Origin: Psilocybe cubensis
Taxonomy: Eukaryota
Assembly (NCBI GenBank): GCA_017499595.2
Contig: CM038999.1
Span: forward strand, 3,596,001 to 3,660,000
Length of the DNA stretch: 64,000 bases
Reading direction: 5' to 3'
In this document: one piece after another, positions 11,771 to 25,971 of the stretch
Position numbering within the stretch: position 1 is the stretch's first letter
Layout of the letters: each line of letters starts with the position of its first letter
Program-made: the position numbers and the translations under genes
The notes under the pieces: model-generated
Databases searched by the model: none
What the model saw: only the letters and a program-made list of their open reading frames with translations
What the model was told of the DNA's origin: nothing

Positions 11771-14700
11771 ACTTCATTATGATTGCGCGTAGTCGCCATC
11801 ATCGTCATTAACACAGCGACAAATTGCATGGGAACAATTTGTCGTTTCCAACAAAAACCTTTCTTTATTTTTGAAGGGTTGTATACGAGGGTTATATTGG
11901 ATATTGTTTTACAGGGCCTCCTATACCCATGCCGCTCATTCCGATTTTCCGTGATAATGTGGACATATATAACAGAACATACCAGGACTTTTTTGTTGTG
12001 CTTGTCGCAATGTTTTTAGCAGATTATACATTATTAGCCATCTAGTAGACTCGTGCTTTACACATGCCTATACCGTGATGGCCAACTGGTTGGAATTCAT
12101 GGCGCTCAGCCAATTCCGCTCAGGAACTGTACTCACGTCAGGAACTTTCTCAGGTAAGGACGACACAGAATAAAGACCCCTATTTGATGAGCCTTGTATT
12201 CTGGTCATTCACAAATGTCAAAGATCCAGGTGGGCGACCGCAAGCACCCCAAAACAGAACACCGTGCTTGATGGATCTATCTATCATTTCTACACGAACA
12301 CGCCTCTCTCACCTTCCACTTCGTCCGCGTTCCTTGAAATAACGTGTTGTAGGAATGTGTTTTCCTGTGGTGCATATTAATAGCAAAGCAAGAATGTGGA
12401 GCTCTACAGATATGTAGATATGAGTAGCACAGGGAGGTGTAAACCGGCCCATACATGCGAAGCGACAACTTGGGAACTCGAAGGAACTCTCCCCAGAGTC
12501 AACGGAGAATTTCAATACCGACATGGTGGCACCAAACTAATTCATTTGTTTATCCAGGCCGCCATGATCTATTGATAGACCAAAGAAAATTGGTCTAGAG
12601 ACGATTACTGTAGAGCAGAGACGTAGGCGCTCGTACAACCGCTTATAGGGTCTATTGAGGATATGCCAATCCATATCATTCACTTTTGATTCTTCCAGCA
12701 TAGATCGGACTCATTAGGTCAGTCTTGGTGAGTTCATCCTTTCAAAAGAGGCTATAAACAAGTCATGATGGGTATGCAGGTGATATAGATAGGGCATTCG
12801 TCACTCAACTCTGATAAATATGGGAGGATCAGTGTAGGAATCCATATCACGGCATCGCGTAGAAAATCAAGCTAGTGTTGGCTATGCTCATCTGCCACCT
12901 CGTTGTTCCTGGCAGTGAGGTCTTGATCGTGATCGACAATTCGATGATGTTCACATCCAATCACTTGCACGGTCTATATTAGGTTTACTGCCACATGGAG
13001 TCGAGGAGAATTCTGATGCTGTATTTTCAGTAGGATAATACATACATTTTGTGGGACCATATAAAAGACAACCAGTCCCATCATAGCTCCTATGATCTCG
13101 AAATTAAGAAGTTTCACCAACCACTAGGCGTACATCGAGTGAAAAACTGAATGGATCAAGGTTTACGTTTGGATTTATCAATTCTTTTCGACAGAATTTT
13201 CATTACAAAGATACCGGAAAGATGAATAGATGAAATGACGTTCTGCTCCAGGGAACTTTCCTGTTAAATGAAATTTTAGAGTATTTCGCCGTTCTTATGC
13301 TCGGTTCGCAGGATAAACATGAGCGACTCTTAGTCGGCCAAGAGACCGACCAGGATCCGACTCGAGTACAGAGAGGAAAAACTTCGCCAGTCACCCGAAG
13401 ATTTTCTGGTAGTACGAAGCCAACTGGATGTCCGTACATTACATATGAAAGTAAATTTGCCCATATTACTGCAAACCCTTCCAGTTCTGCTCCGATGCCA
13501 ACCATAATCTAGGCGTGGGACTCCGTTTGTCAATCCGACTGGTTGGCATTGTGCGACCATTGAGCAAACGAGGTGATGGGAAGCGTGTGTGGGAACTGAG
13601 AGAGAATCGTCGTAGGTAACAAGAGTACCTCTGAGCGTCAAGAACGGACGGTATCAAGTGAATCTGCTTGACTTGAGATATCAAGCAAGGCAAGCCAGGG
13701 ATCGATATACCATATCTACCATCAGTAACCCATCGATTCTAGCCCACGCTAGCCTAGGACTGGCCATGCGTCCAGGAACACCATTCAAAGGGATTCAGGG
13801 AAGGAGGATGCCCAGATATGAGGGTTCCCCGAAGCCGCCTCGAGGATGCCTCCCTCGAATCAATCGACCTAAACAAGGAAGGAGAACTTGACGCAATTGA
13901 GTTTGAGTGGGCGTAATCATTGTTTGTCTGTCAGGTGTTCCCACAATATTGATGGAAAATTGACAATAAGTAGCTTTGATCGGTTCCTTTTTTAGAAAAA
14001 ACAAGCGCCATTAGGTCCGAGGCGCGGCGGATTGCTGTGCCACTGGCGCAGAGCGCGGCACGCCTTTTTTAAAAAAAAACATGAGGGCGCAGCGCCTCAG
14101 ACTCAAAATCCTGAAATGACGTCGATGAGGCCAACGGATCGCGGAAATTATGACCCCGATAATGAAAGCGATGATCGCTATAACGGAACGCGATTACCTT
14201 GCTGTGAGGTTTGTGGGCCCCTTCCGCGTCTAAAACATAGCTCTTAGAAAGCGAAAGGCCTGAAAATAGTTGGACCGCTAAGCGTAATGATATAAAAAAT
14301 GGTATAGCTCTGGGAGCGTTAGCGATGAACACGGCGGTAATTTAATTTCTTTCACTTTGCTGTGGAAATATCTCAAAATAAATTTGGACCCTCGTGGCTC
14401 GGACAACATAGTACACATCCTTGTACAGTTAGACACTTTGATACTTTGATACATGTCTTTGGAAAGCTGTTGTTATCTTTGATTTCCCCTGGTGTTTGTA
14501 TTATGTCTTCTCACCCGGACATCGATCTGAAAGACAAACAAGACCTCTTCATCATTACGCGAAGTCAGATACAAGAATTCAATTAGTGTTCAGTGGGAGG
14601 CGATGATGCTCTTGGGGTCTTTCAGGCTCCTCTCAAAGTGACTTTCGAATTTTGATAATTCATTCTGAGGGTACCTACCTCAACCGTCCCCAGAGCACCC

Positions 14701-16348
14701 AACGAAGAAGGCTTGTGCCGATCTGTCAGTTTCGTTAGCTCATGTCTATCCTGGATACAGTTTCTACATTCTGTTTTCAGTAGTATCCCATAGAGCCTTT
14801 CTTCTGGAAAATCACCATCATTTGTGGGAGCCATCACGTTGAAGTAGCGAACTGGTTGATTTATGGTTCAAGAGAAGCGACCGTTGAAAAGTAGCGCCAG
14901 TTAAGCCCGAGTCCACTTTTGACCAGTATCCAAGCAGTTTCCGTCTTTGCAGAACTACGAATCCGAGGCGGGTCTACTTTTACACGCTTCCAAGCCCACT
15001 GTCTTGCAGTCGATAACCAGTGTTCATGGATCGCTCTGGCAAAAGGTTCCATCAACGTCGCCTTTCCGACTTATGCTCCCTCTACACATCATCAATAGAC
15101 CGACGGGCATAATGATGAATAATGTGAGACGAAGATCCTCAGACAAGGCGCCTCTATGCGATGAGGCAGAAAATGCTTATGGGTGAGTGTGTTTCCAGGT
15201 CTATCATTCAGTGGTGGAGACATGAAGCAAATGATAGTAATGCACATTTTAGGTGCATCAGTGGGCCATAATACAATCGATGCCCTAGTTTTATGTACGT
15301 GGTCTCTGCGTTACGGTGAGTTATTATATATCCTCCAAGTAATAATTCACAGAGAAGCTGGGCGTCAGACAGCGAATACATGGCGCGTCGGACATACACT
15401 ATGAGTGCCGCAATACCGTGTCTGATTGTAAATATTGAACGGTGCTTTCTGGGTAACAAACCGACTTTGCATGTTCATTTAGCGATAATTCCGTGAACAT
15501 TATACGAACTCAACAGTCGCATGAATCGGTCCTGAGCCCATCCAGTAGGCTGCCGCAACTTTTTATTGTGTTCCTTGGATTCTTTTAACTCGGAGCTTTA
15601 ACAGGTGAAAATATGGATTGCTCGGAGCGTACTAACTGACCCAGATTTATGGCAAAACCGTAATAGTTCGGCAACTTTCGTGTTTAAATTTATATAAACA
15701 TTGGAAAAAATGTCCATTTTAATCGAAGTACAAGTTGTATTTGTTTGTTTACGGGGTGCTCTAGCTCCGGTGATGTGGCTGTAAAAATTTGGATCTCAGA
15801 TTGTATTATGGAAGATCGACGGTTCGCACGAGCTCAAGGATCTCGCAAAACTGACACTGTCTAGATAGATTCCACCAAAAGGTAAACGCCGCATCTCAAA
15901 ACCTTCTCTTGTCCCCAGTCTCCAGGATGACCAACACTGACATTATTCAAGCTGTTTTTCTTTGACTTGGAAGTGAAACAAGCTGGTCATCCGTAGGCAG
16001 CCATTTTGCAGAAGACCTGTCAGGAACCTTGGGACCACTTCGTCGAACCCTATGCCGGAGGCGCTACCACGGACAATCTCTTGATCAAGCCGAGTGACCC
16101 ACCATCTCGGCGTGTGTTATTTTCTAGCTAGATCTCTCTGTACAGCTTTACTCCTGTTGGTTAAGACCTGACAAAGAACCAGATCTCCTTTCCTATGACC
16201 CTGATCGGGAACGGCTACCGAACAATTCGATTCATTAAACTCCTTCGGAAAGGTGTCATGTCCGTCTTTATACACAAGCCAGGTTCGATATATAAACAAC
16301 GGCTCCGTTGACCTATTACTTGTGTGTTTTCTTCACGGTATAGTTCCA

Positions 16349-17923
16349 ATGGCATCATCGAGCCCAGAATCTTCGCCAGCATCGACGCGCCATTCTTCTC
16401 TCGACCCTCTTAAATGTACTCCTCTTCACAACCCTCGCACCCAGGACGTCTTTCAGTCCATTGTCAAAGGCCGAAAAAGCTGGAAAACACTTCGAGATGG
16501 TCAAGTCGTTTGGCCCCCTGAGCTTGAGGCTGCTCTCATCGAAGGTTGGTTGTCGTCTTCGTTCTCTTTCCATGTTCTCACATTTTCTTGTCCAGGGCTT
16601 GAGAACTATCAACCGGATGATTCAAGAGAGACGCGTCTTCTAGGACGTTTTCCTATGCGTAACAGATTTATTTCGGACTGGATATTCGAAAAAACTGGCA
16701 AGCGACGAACAGCCAAGCAGGTCGGTAGTCGATTGCAGCAGCTCAGAGATACATGTGGCGGAAAACGACGTGAGTCCCTGTTCATATAATAAGCTCTAGA
16801 CTAGCCTAAATTAACGACGCTGTCCATCGCCGACACCAGTACTTAACCTTCTTTCGCCCAATCGACGACCATGCCGTACCCCTTCGCTTTCGCCCGAGTT
16901 CCAACACAAAGATGGACATCTAGTCTACGGACCTCCCTCTCTGAGATACGAATCTGAGTCTTGCAGTGACTCGACAGCAAGCTCGCCTACGACTCCCACA
17001 GAAGCCCATGCAACATTGCAGAGTCTTCTATACAGAGGTGTTGAACCTCGTATTGAAGAAACTCCAGATACCATCGTCTACATTGATCTTCTTCCCTTCG
17101 ATGCTCCTATTGACGCTAACGGAAGTGATATCGACCCACTTAAATCCTCTTGGACGTCCTCTCCGAGCCAGGTAGCCGAAGAACGCTCCTGGATCGAACG
17201 AGGATACAAGGTTGTCCGGGCTTCTCAACAGCCCCGCCATATTCGCGATATTGATCCCACAATCACACTTCTTTCCCAATCAACCACGTCAGCTCATTCA
17301 TACTTCACCGTATACACCGATGAGGGCATCGCATTTTCTGAGATGAGTGTGCTGCAGCCGGTGGAACCCAGGTCAACGGCGGAAACTTCTCACCTATATA
17401 GCACCTCCCTGGTGCCTGGTTTCTGGAGTACAATTGCTCAAAGCTCTGGTGCGTCGCGTCTTTCAACCGATTATAATGTTGCAACCTTCCTTACCCATCA
17501 ATTTATTTAGACGCCTCTCAATATGTAATCATTCAGCGAGTAGTTCAAGACCCCGCTTCTTCTTCAGCGTCGTCGTCTACGATATTTTCAGCCATGTACA
17601 AGTTCAACATCACTCAGCCTTCGCACACACAAGACTCCTACTCCGCACACAACATGATGCAAATAGAGACCCAGACACAAAAACAGGACTTTGCATTTGA
17701 CAATCTTCTGACCATGGACTCGGAAGGCCTCTCCGATTTGATGGCCTACCAAAAGGGTCCAAATTACTTCGACGTACACTCCTATATGAGGTCCGACTGG
17801 AGTGCCCCGTCTTCAACCGCCTCTGTGTACTCAAGTCCCATGGACTGTAATAGACAAATATCAGGTATTATGCACAACGACCAGCTTATGTCTCCGACAT
17901 CATCATTTTCTTCACATTATTAG
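16349..17923 (+). CDS. TEA/ATTS-domain transcription factor
   Basis: VVWPPELEAALIEG|LENYQPDDSRETRLLGRFPMRNRFISDWIFEKTGKRRTAKQVGSRLQQLRDTC matches the fungal TEA domain, followed by a Ser/Pro-rich C-terminal region across several introns. Confidence 0.88.
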
Positions 17924-18415
17924 TATGTGAGTATCTTTCTTATCTTGATACTCCACGTTCTAACGTACATTATTTTTGTAGGCATCAGAGATTTCCTCCA
18001 TGCCGCATGCGGGTGGCTTATTCTTTTCTTGTACATCATATTTCCATTGCTTTATCTCTACCACTACTCGCTCCCCCTCATTAGTTCAATCTACCAAGTT
18101 GTGTACGTTCACTTATGAGATCATACGTATATGTTCCACAAACTCAACGCTATTCCTTTACAGATAATTGTACCACTGACATCATTGTTGCTTCGTTCTT
18201 CGCACTCTTATTGCTCTCATTCTGCTTTGCAGTCATTTAGTAGTATTCATTCATCTATACCCCCATTTATTTCTCTCATTTATTGACTGGGAGCGGCTGG
18301 GCCGTCCGGCCTTCCTATGAAAATGTGATAGCATCTCCGTAGTAGCTACTAAAACATGTATATGTAACGCTTGCCCATCCATATAGAAAAAAGCATTGAA
18401 CTACTTGAACACCCC

Positions 18416-19110
18416 TTAAATGAACTTCGAACTCCACATAGCTTCGCTTTGCCTGGCTTCATCGGTTCCGGCACCATATATTCTCGAGCTAACTGAAAGA
18501 GGTGATGGCAATGTCAGTTCATGAGCGACAGAGTCATTTTGTTAAGTAGTATGTATGTATGGTCTACAGATCCCAAAAATGGACGCTCTTCTGAGCACTC
18601 ACCAGTCTTCAGACAGGATATAATTTGGATTCGAGTAGTGAAGTCCTTTGTCAGAAGTGTCACGTCGGTGTACTGGTTAAGCCCTCGGGTGACGCCTTTG
18701 GCGATTAAGTCGATCCTGGTCTGGCTAGAAGCCTTGTTACGGGCTTCGACAAGCGAGTCGACCCATGTGCGCATGGCCATCCCTGCCGACAAACCTTCCC
18801 ACTTGCTCAATTCCAAAATCATGTTGGTAATGCCCCCCACAATAACCGCGATTTCGCCCTCTGCCTGCCCGAAGGACTCTAGTCCGGGTTTCTTCGTATT
18901 AGGCAAATGCTTCTGGATGACCGCTAAAAGGGGACTATAGGATACGCCATCCCCTGCCTGACCTCCTCCACCATTTCCGCCTATCATCCATTGCTTTGCC
19001 TTGTCTATCAAGTTATATATGTCTGGACGAAGTGACGGCGACATTTCCTTCTTGGTGTCTGCGTTTGCTCCGGATGCACCTGCCAGTTGACTGCTAAGAT
19101 TACGAAACAT
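18416..19110 (-). CDS. Hypothetical protein (two exons)
   Basis: Long clean ORF from ATG 19110 (MFRNLSSQLAGASG...RIQIISCLKT), an intron (~18494-18603), and a last exon VSSRIYGAGTDEARQSEAMWSSKFI* ending at 18416. No motif recognised. Confidence 0.7.
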
Positions 19111-19427
19111 GGCTTATTTTGAGGCGGGATGTAGAAAGAGAAGGATGTGGTTCGAGAGGAAGAACGACTCTCACTGGCACTGGGATACTCGTATACGAGT
19201 CGTACCGAGTCATCACACATCAGCACATGGCGGCCTCGAGGCAATTTGTTCCAACTCCGTCAATTATACGCACGGCCTCAACGAGGCTTTACAATTGGCT
19301 ACATAATAATACTCGAATAATCCGGGGTACACAAGGCTACCATTTGGAGACATGTTGCAATCACGATGATAGTACAGTTAATGCAGACTTGACGTTCATA
19401 AGTAACACCGAAATGAATAAAGTTCAG

Positions 19428-22400
19428 TTACGCTACTGTGAACGAAGATGATGTTCCAGTAAAGGAAGATATTGAACCAATAAGTGGTTTAGAGTCCCCA
19501 TAATAGCTTAGACGATAGGTTCCCGCTGTAATCATTGAAGTGAGTAAGACACATGATGCATGTCTGTGGTGAGAGAGTGGAGAGACTTGGGACATACCCG
19601 GAGAACCACTTTCAATTGTCCTAGAATAGCACCCCAGGCGTCAAACTTGTGCGCTAAGTATATCAAAGGGAATTTCTTACCAAGAAATGTTTACATTGCT
19701 AGTCCCCAGAATCTATTCGAAGGGAATCAGCATCATCAATGAAATGGTGCCCTAATAATGTGATTCTAAGGACAGAACGCATTACGTACGGTGCTAACTC
19801 TTGTCCAGCTATAGATCGTTGATGGATGTGAGTCGGTCCGCACAGTCTTCCACTGACCCGAAACTAGCTGGTCGACGGTTAGGAACGTTCCTTCCAGACG
19901 AAGATTGTTCTATATGAACAGGTATACATCAGCAAATTGACCAACTCAGGACCCTTTCAGAAAATTCTCAAGCTAAGCAAACGCACCCGTGGATTGGCGC
20001 CAACAAACTGTGCGAATACAGTGTCTCCGGCATGATATGGAGCGTTGGTGTTTACGTCGGTTAGGACAGCACCAAATTTCTTTCCTATCGGCGAAGCATC
20101 GAAAACGACCCCAGTCTACAAAAATCACCAAAATTGACGGAAACTTCATAAAGGGGATAATGCAGGGTCTACCTGTAGTGAGATGGCCTTTGATGTTTGC
20201 TCCGGTGGTGGAGGGTCAGACGCAGGAGTGCCCGTGGAATTGTCGGCTAGGAAGGGCACGAGACTGGAGTACTTGTCGATATACGCTTCCAGAGTGACTA
20301 TATCCCATAAGTTGATATGAATCAGATTATTGAACAGAATAAAAGGGCAGACATTTGCAACGGCGCAGGCAAGGCGGCAAATATTGGCCAAGGGCAGGCA
20401 TATGTCAGAACCGCGGCCTCATTGGACACTTCCGTGCAGTCACGCGTGTTCATTAAAAGAGACACGGATTGAATGCGCGTAGATTTAAAATGTCCGGATA
20501 AAGGAATGCCCATAAATATCCAAGAGGCCTTCACCTCCCACGAGACCATGTTTGTTGGAGTGGATTCTCAAAGAAGAACGACTTACATTGGCCAAAAATA
20601 GTGCTCGCGCCTTCGTATCGCTGAACTCCATACTCTTCACGCGTAGTGACGTAGTGTGCGTATACATTAGCAGGTCCCGCTACTACCACATACGCATCCG
20701 CGCCGAGAACGCCAGTGGAAATGAGCTTAGCCCGAATTGCCTCGCTGTTCGAGAGGAAATTTCGAAATTGGCACCGACATTCCGTGTGAATCACCACGTT
20801 AAAGATAACGGAAGCCGAATTAGAGTTTGGGTTTTCCAGGTATATGGTGAGGTGGGACCGATAGAGATAGAACACATTTTGTTTTAATTGAGAACATGTT
20901 GACACGAAGTAAAGAAGCGATATCAAAGTCAGTCAAGAGGGATAAATGCGAATAACATTTGGGGTCCTCACCGAATTCGCCTCCCAGCCATCGTGGTAAG
21001 TTCACCTATCAGATAATCACTCAGCGGAAAACTCAAGGTGGGAATAGGATTAAAAGGTCTTACCCGGCATTATCAACATTACTGAACGGGGGCATCAGAT
21101 AAGCATTTATGTTAGAACAACGATCGATGAGGCCCGTATCCAAACTAATCCAACAAAAAGTTGGGGTGCAAAGCATTATCCACTCCGAGGTGGAGAAGGA
21201 GATAGAGAATAAAACACGACAAGACATGACAATTGACGCACCGAAATTCCCAACGCGCAGCATTTGAATATCGACGCTATTTGGTGCCCATTCGTAGGGC
21301 GTATGCGCGAATCCCTGATAGAAAGAAAAGAAGTCGGCAAGTGTCAAAAAATCAACGAAATGAACGGCACAGGGGACACCACAGCATTGGATTAGAATCA
21401 CGTACCGTATTCAGTAGGATGGGTTTAGGATCTTGGCAGGCTATTTGTGCCGGACTGGGGAAAGGGGTTACAGCGCCTGGTTCATTTCGGCGCACGGAAG
21501 AGAAAGGATCGGAGAGAAGTTGATTGAAGAGACGTCAAAAGTGATGTCAGACTTTCTGTGGGATCAAAATCCATCCACCGACGTCCATACCTTTCACTAT
21601 CTCCCAGAATGGATTTCTACAACAAGAAAAGAGGTTCATTACTGTGAAGCGCTTCCCAAGGCTGTGTGAACTTACTGAGGAGTTGAAGAGTTGTCGCCTT
21701 GGACAAAGTCAAATGCTCCGGGGCCATCACTGTAACAATCGTCGAGTTACAGAGAAGCTGATATTCAGTGGCATGACTAATATGTCAATTTGAAAGGCAT
21801 ACGTTGTTCCACCAGCAAATGCAAAGCCTGTTGAATAGAAGTTTATTCACCAGTAAAAGATGTATTAGGTGTCAAGAAAGGAGACTAAAAGCACAACAAT
21901 TGACTGACCCATGGCAGCAGGACATGTCGATACAGTGGTTCCGTTAGGGAGAGTGAAAGAGTGATTGGCCCTACATACATAGACAAGGACATGAACTTCG
22001 ACATCGGTAAGCAGTTCGCTTTGCAGGGAAGAAAAGACGCACATTGCCATATAGACATGGACACTCTTGACAGTGCCATGGACAGGACTCAGAGGCCCGT
22101 TCATGACTGTCTGCGCTCCAAGAAATTGAGCCTGGCCAATCAATCTATTTGATTCGAAGTCTGAAGTACGGAAGCCGGGTCCCCTAATGGAAATTGACAT
22201 GATCATGAGATGAGTTCGTTGCCATAATGCCGTGCCATGGCAAACGCACCGTCCATGACAGTCTTGTACAGTGCCTCCACAAGTTGAATGGTTGGCTTCA
22301 CAGGGTTGTCCGTCAAAGGGCTGTCCGGGACTTTCGCAGAAGGCACCCAGCCTAAACAAAAAAGGTCAACATCGAAAGACTCTGCGCACGAAGTCAAAAA

Positions 22401-23741
22401 CAAAAATAGAGCTTGCTCACGTGTTTGGACTTGTATCACCAACATTGGCTGAGGATTTTCGAAGTTGAAAGATAAATGAGGATGGTTCGAAATATGTCAA
22501 ACACTTTCTTACATTGTGTGAATCCAGCTACAAATGTTGTATTTCCAGGAGCCGTGTTTGGTTCTACGGAAGCTGACAAAAAATAATTAGAAAAAAATTG
22601 GGGGTCTCTGAACCAATTAATAGGTGTCTGATATTTACACTCATATAGAAATGCTGCCATTCCTTTATTGTCCGCGCTGACCAAAGTGTTGTTCTAACGC
22701 AATCCCATTCTCAGTTAAGCCCAACATTCTTCCAAGTTTTTAACGACCACTTACCTCGTACAGACTTGTTCCGTGCACAGCAAAGAAGCTCAACAATCCT
22801 CTTGCATTGCCATTATCATCATCAAATCGTAGAACCGTCATATCCTTGTCCTGGTCGAATTGATATCTTGCCCTCTCTTCAGGTGGGTTCGCGAGATAAG
22901 CAGTCGGTGATCTATTGATGTTCGCGTTCAAGATCGTTGTGTTCCCAAGACTGAGCTTCCCTGGTGCAAGATTTGCATGGGCGCGTTGGACAGCTAACAC
23001 AGATCCAGCCACAATCGCATCGGCTGTCTGCTTGACATACCCCAATGAGGTGATCTGGGGCAGCAGGTTCTCTAAGTACCCACCAACACCTGAGTGCTGG
23101 TGAGTTCCAACAAAGGCAATATTATCGTCCGTGTACAGTCCCGGAAACTGTGATGACAATTGGGCGACAATTGAGCGGCGCACGCCTGAGTCGCCCATTG
23201 CGATATCTTTGCAAGAGCAAAACGGTCGTTGCATCAATGATGTCATGATTTCCTTTCGGGTGTAACAGCGCTGACGTACCGGCATTAATAAACACAATCC
23301 TGTTGCTTGGCGCAGCAGCGTCGGCCACGATAAACGCACGACTTCGTTCGCGCATGTGCAATCCCGTATCGGTCTGCGCCAACGATGCATAGCCCTGGTT
23401 GGAAGATAAGCTATCTGAATCTCTATAGCACCCTCCTTCTCCGGAAACCAAACGCACCATCATGTTCGTTTCGACAACTGGCCTGCGCGACGGATTCAAC
23501 AGAAATGTGATTCTAACTCAGTACTTCAAGGTATCTTGGAGATTCCGAGACCGTACCCGGTGATATCACCAATACCTAATAAGTAGAGATGAGGAACCTT
23601 CATACGCTGAGGAAAGATACATAACGTACCAAGTCCTAATAAATACTGAGCTGACACTGTCTGCACTCCCCCGCTCCCATTCTGCTTCATAACAGCCCCC
23701 GAAGCCAAAAAAGCAGTCAAATACCACCAAAATCCCGCCAT
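19428..23741 (-). CDS. Secreted neutral/alkaline non-lysosomal ceramidase (many short exons)
   Basis: Signal peptide, then QYLLGLGIGDITGPVVETNMMGYASLAQTDTGLHMRERSRAFIV, GTHQHSGVGG, NRSPTAY, FFAVHGTSL, VSADNKG, GFAFAGGTTDGPG, GPANVYAHYVTTREEYGVQRYEGASTIFG, NNLRLEGTFLTV and GTYRLSYYGDSK...SSSFTVA* (stop at 19428). Confidence 0.92.
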
Positions 23742-25971
23742 CGCGTCAGACAAAGCGACGAGTAGATCCCAAAAATCGAAGGGTAGCGCACTGTGAGAGG
23801 CAAGTAGCAGCGGCATTGTCGCGCGTGGTGTGTCGTCTTTATATGTTTCTGTTCTACTGGTTCCACGCTCAGGGACACAGATCCGTCATACAGTGTCTGC
23901 ACGTATGGCAACTGGTTACAGCGCGAACTTCGAAGCGTTAGAATCCAACCCCGAGAAAACCATGAATGATCAGCTATATGGCCACATGGCAGGTTGCATT
24001 TGATTTTGAATGCGGTGTGTAGAAGCTGATCACGGGGTAACCTCTCGCTCTGATGATCACGCAGGATCCCAGCTGAGAGACTCCTCTGTAGGCCTTTTCA
24101 GAGCCAGTGCATAGAACCTGAGAAGAAATGAACAGAAAATAAGAAGAAGTAGGCGAACCGTGATGTTTGTGATTGTACAAGATGGGCAAGAGAAGTGACA
24201 CAAATTCGTTGAGTCGTGCTTCAAGCTTCAGGGGCGGCACTTTCGCCGCCAATTACCCCAACCATATCGAAATTTAATTTATTGGAGTGAGAAGGTGGTT
24301 CAACATCTCTACAAGTCCTCCACAAGGTGTAATAAAATCAAAAAGGCTAATAGAGTTAACATTTGCGAGCTCCTTCATTTGCGACAGCCTGGGATGAGAT
24401 GGGGCCAATATGCTAGCAGCGTTAAGTCACTCAAGTCGAAACAAGCTGCATCAGTGGGAATTTTGAAAGCCTAAGTATACATTCGAAAAGCAGAAGCACT
24501 AGGTGTGATCTAAGCCATATGATCACTGAACATGGCTCTGGCCTAGCTGAGGAAGACGAATGTGGAAAACCTGCGTAAACCGCTGCACAATTTCAGAAAT
24601 CAAGGAAGCAAGAACAAAGCGCGCATCCTCCATGCTGAACTATAGATCATGGGGCCATTTGGGCACTGGGAAGCCGTGAGTAGACGGCTTCCGAAATGAT
24701 ATGATTTCGGCACCTTTAAAAGTTTAAATAAAACGCATTGAAAACTTAGACAGGGTACAGTATATGGCATTCGCAGAGTAAAGTGAGCATTGGGCGAGTC
24801 GGAGATGATCACTAGGGTCGGTTTTCAGTTTTGTTTAGAACTGAATAGAAAATTTTGCTAATGTACTGATATTTTGTCGCACAGTCCCCTCAACGTGGTT
24901 GGGACATTCCAACGACCAAGAAATAAACAGTGCTTACGAATATGAGGCGCATATACTTAGCTGTAGTTTCAATCACGCTGTACGTCTCACCTGTTTCTAT
25001 AATGGTGTGAGCAAAAAGTCGTGGCGGACTTTCAACTGTGGTCGGTCCGACGAGAAGTGTATCGGCATCCGAAATGGTCACCAATATCTGAGGAATTTAA
25101 TGAAAACTAATTCAACGTGTAAAGTAAATCGCTGCGCGAGTATCCTTATTGTAAAACTTACCGACATTTCAACTGTTGAATATTGAATCTTGACTGCTCA
25201 AACCAACTTTTCGGCCCGATCGTTCAATCGAAATTTGAATGTCCGCCGTGAATGCAAATAGATTCAAGTCCTGCCCAGGGCCCACCTTGCGAGCCAAAGC
25301 ACAAGTCTGGATTGCTTGGGCAATATGCCTGTATGAATGGCCCATATCCCGGATCTTACATATACTATCATTATCATCGACTTCAAGTTCAATGTGAACA
25401 CTCAGGGGCATCTCGAGTGTGCACTGCCCTTTTACAAGTTACAAGTTTACTAAGGCGCCTCGGACGCCTTCCCAACTATTACTTCTTTTCGTTCGAGAAC
25501 CTCATGGCACGTAAAAATAGATATGACATGCAGTCAAATACGAGAGGATGAGCCAAGGAGATCTGACAACATCTATAAGTCTAAAACTGAAGACCCTTGG
25601 GAACACAGGTAAAATTGGGTTGAGAAACCAATTCCAAATTGTTGAGTGCTATAAGCGCGTGGATCTATTCAATTCCGGAGGCTTAGAGCGCCTAGATAAC
25701 AGATAATATAGGAAGCAATTGGTGAGAAAAGCAATCAGATTCCCATATAACTTTTAATAAGTAATAAGCCGGAGAGGGGCGAATAATTCAAGTTGTCGGA
25801 CTGACAGAAAAGTTCATCGAAATCGAGGGTTTGATTTGAGTTTGAATGGTCAATTTGACCATATAAGAAAATTGACGATTAGACAGACAGAAAGGAGATG
25901 GTGTAACTGTAGATCTAACGATTAAACAAACACAGGCAAGTTGTGTTATATCTTATTTTATCAGATGTATC

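Noticed and set aside
12000-15500. Scattered 60-100 aa ORFs in the long interval before the TEA gene
   Set aside because: No domain signature, and they overlap on both strands; consistent with chance ORFs or unrecognisable relics.
24600-25550. ORF fragments between ceramidase and MFS paralog 1
   Set aside because: They could be a degenerate gene, but I could not build a supported model or assign a family.
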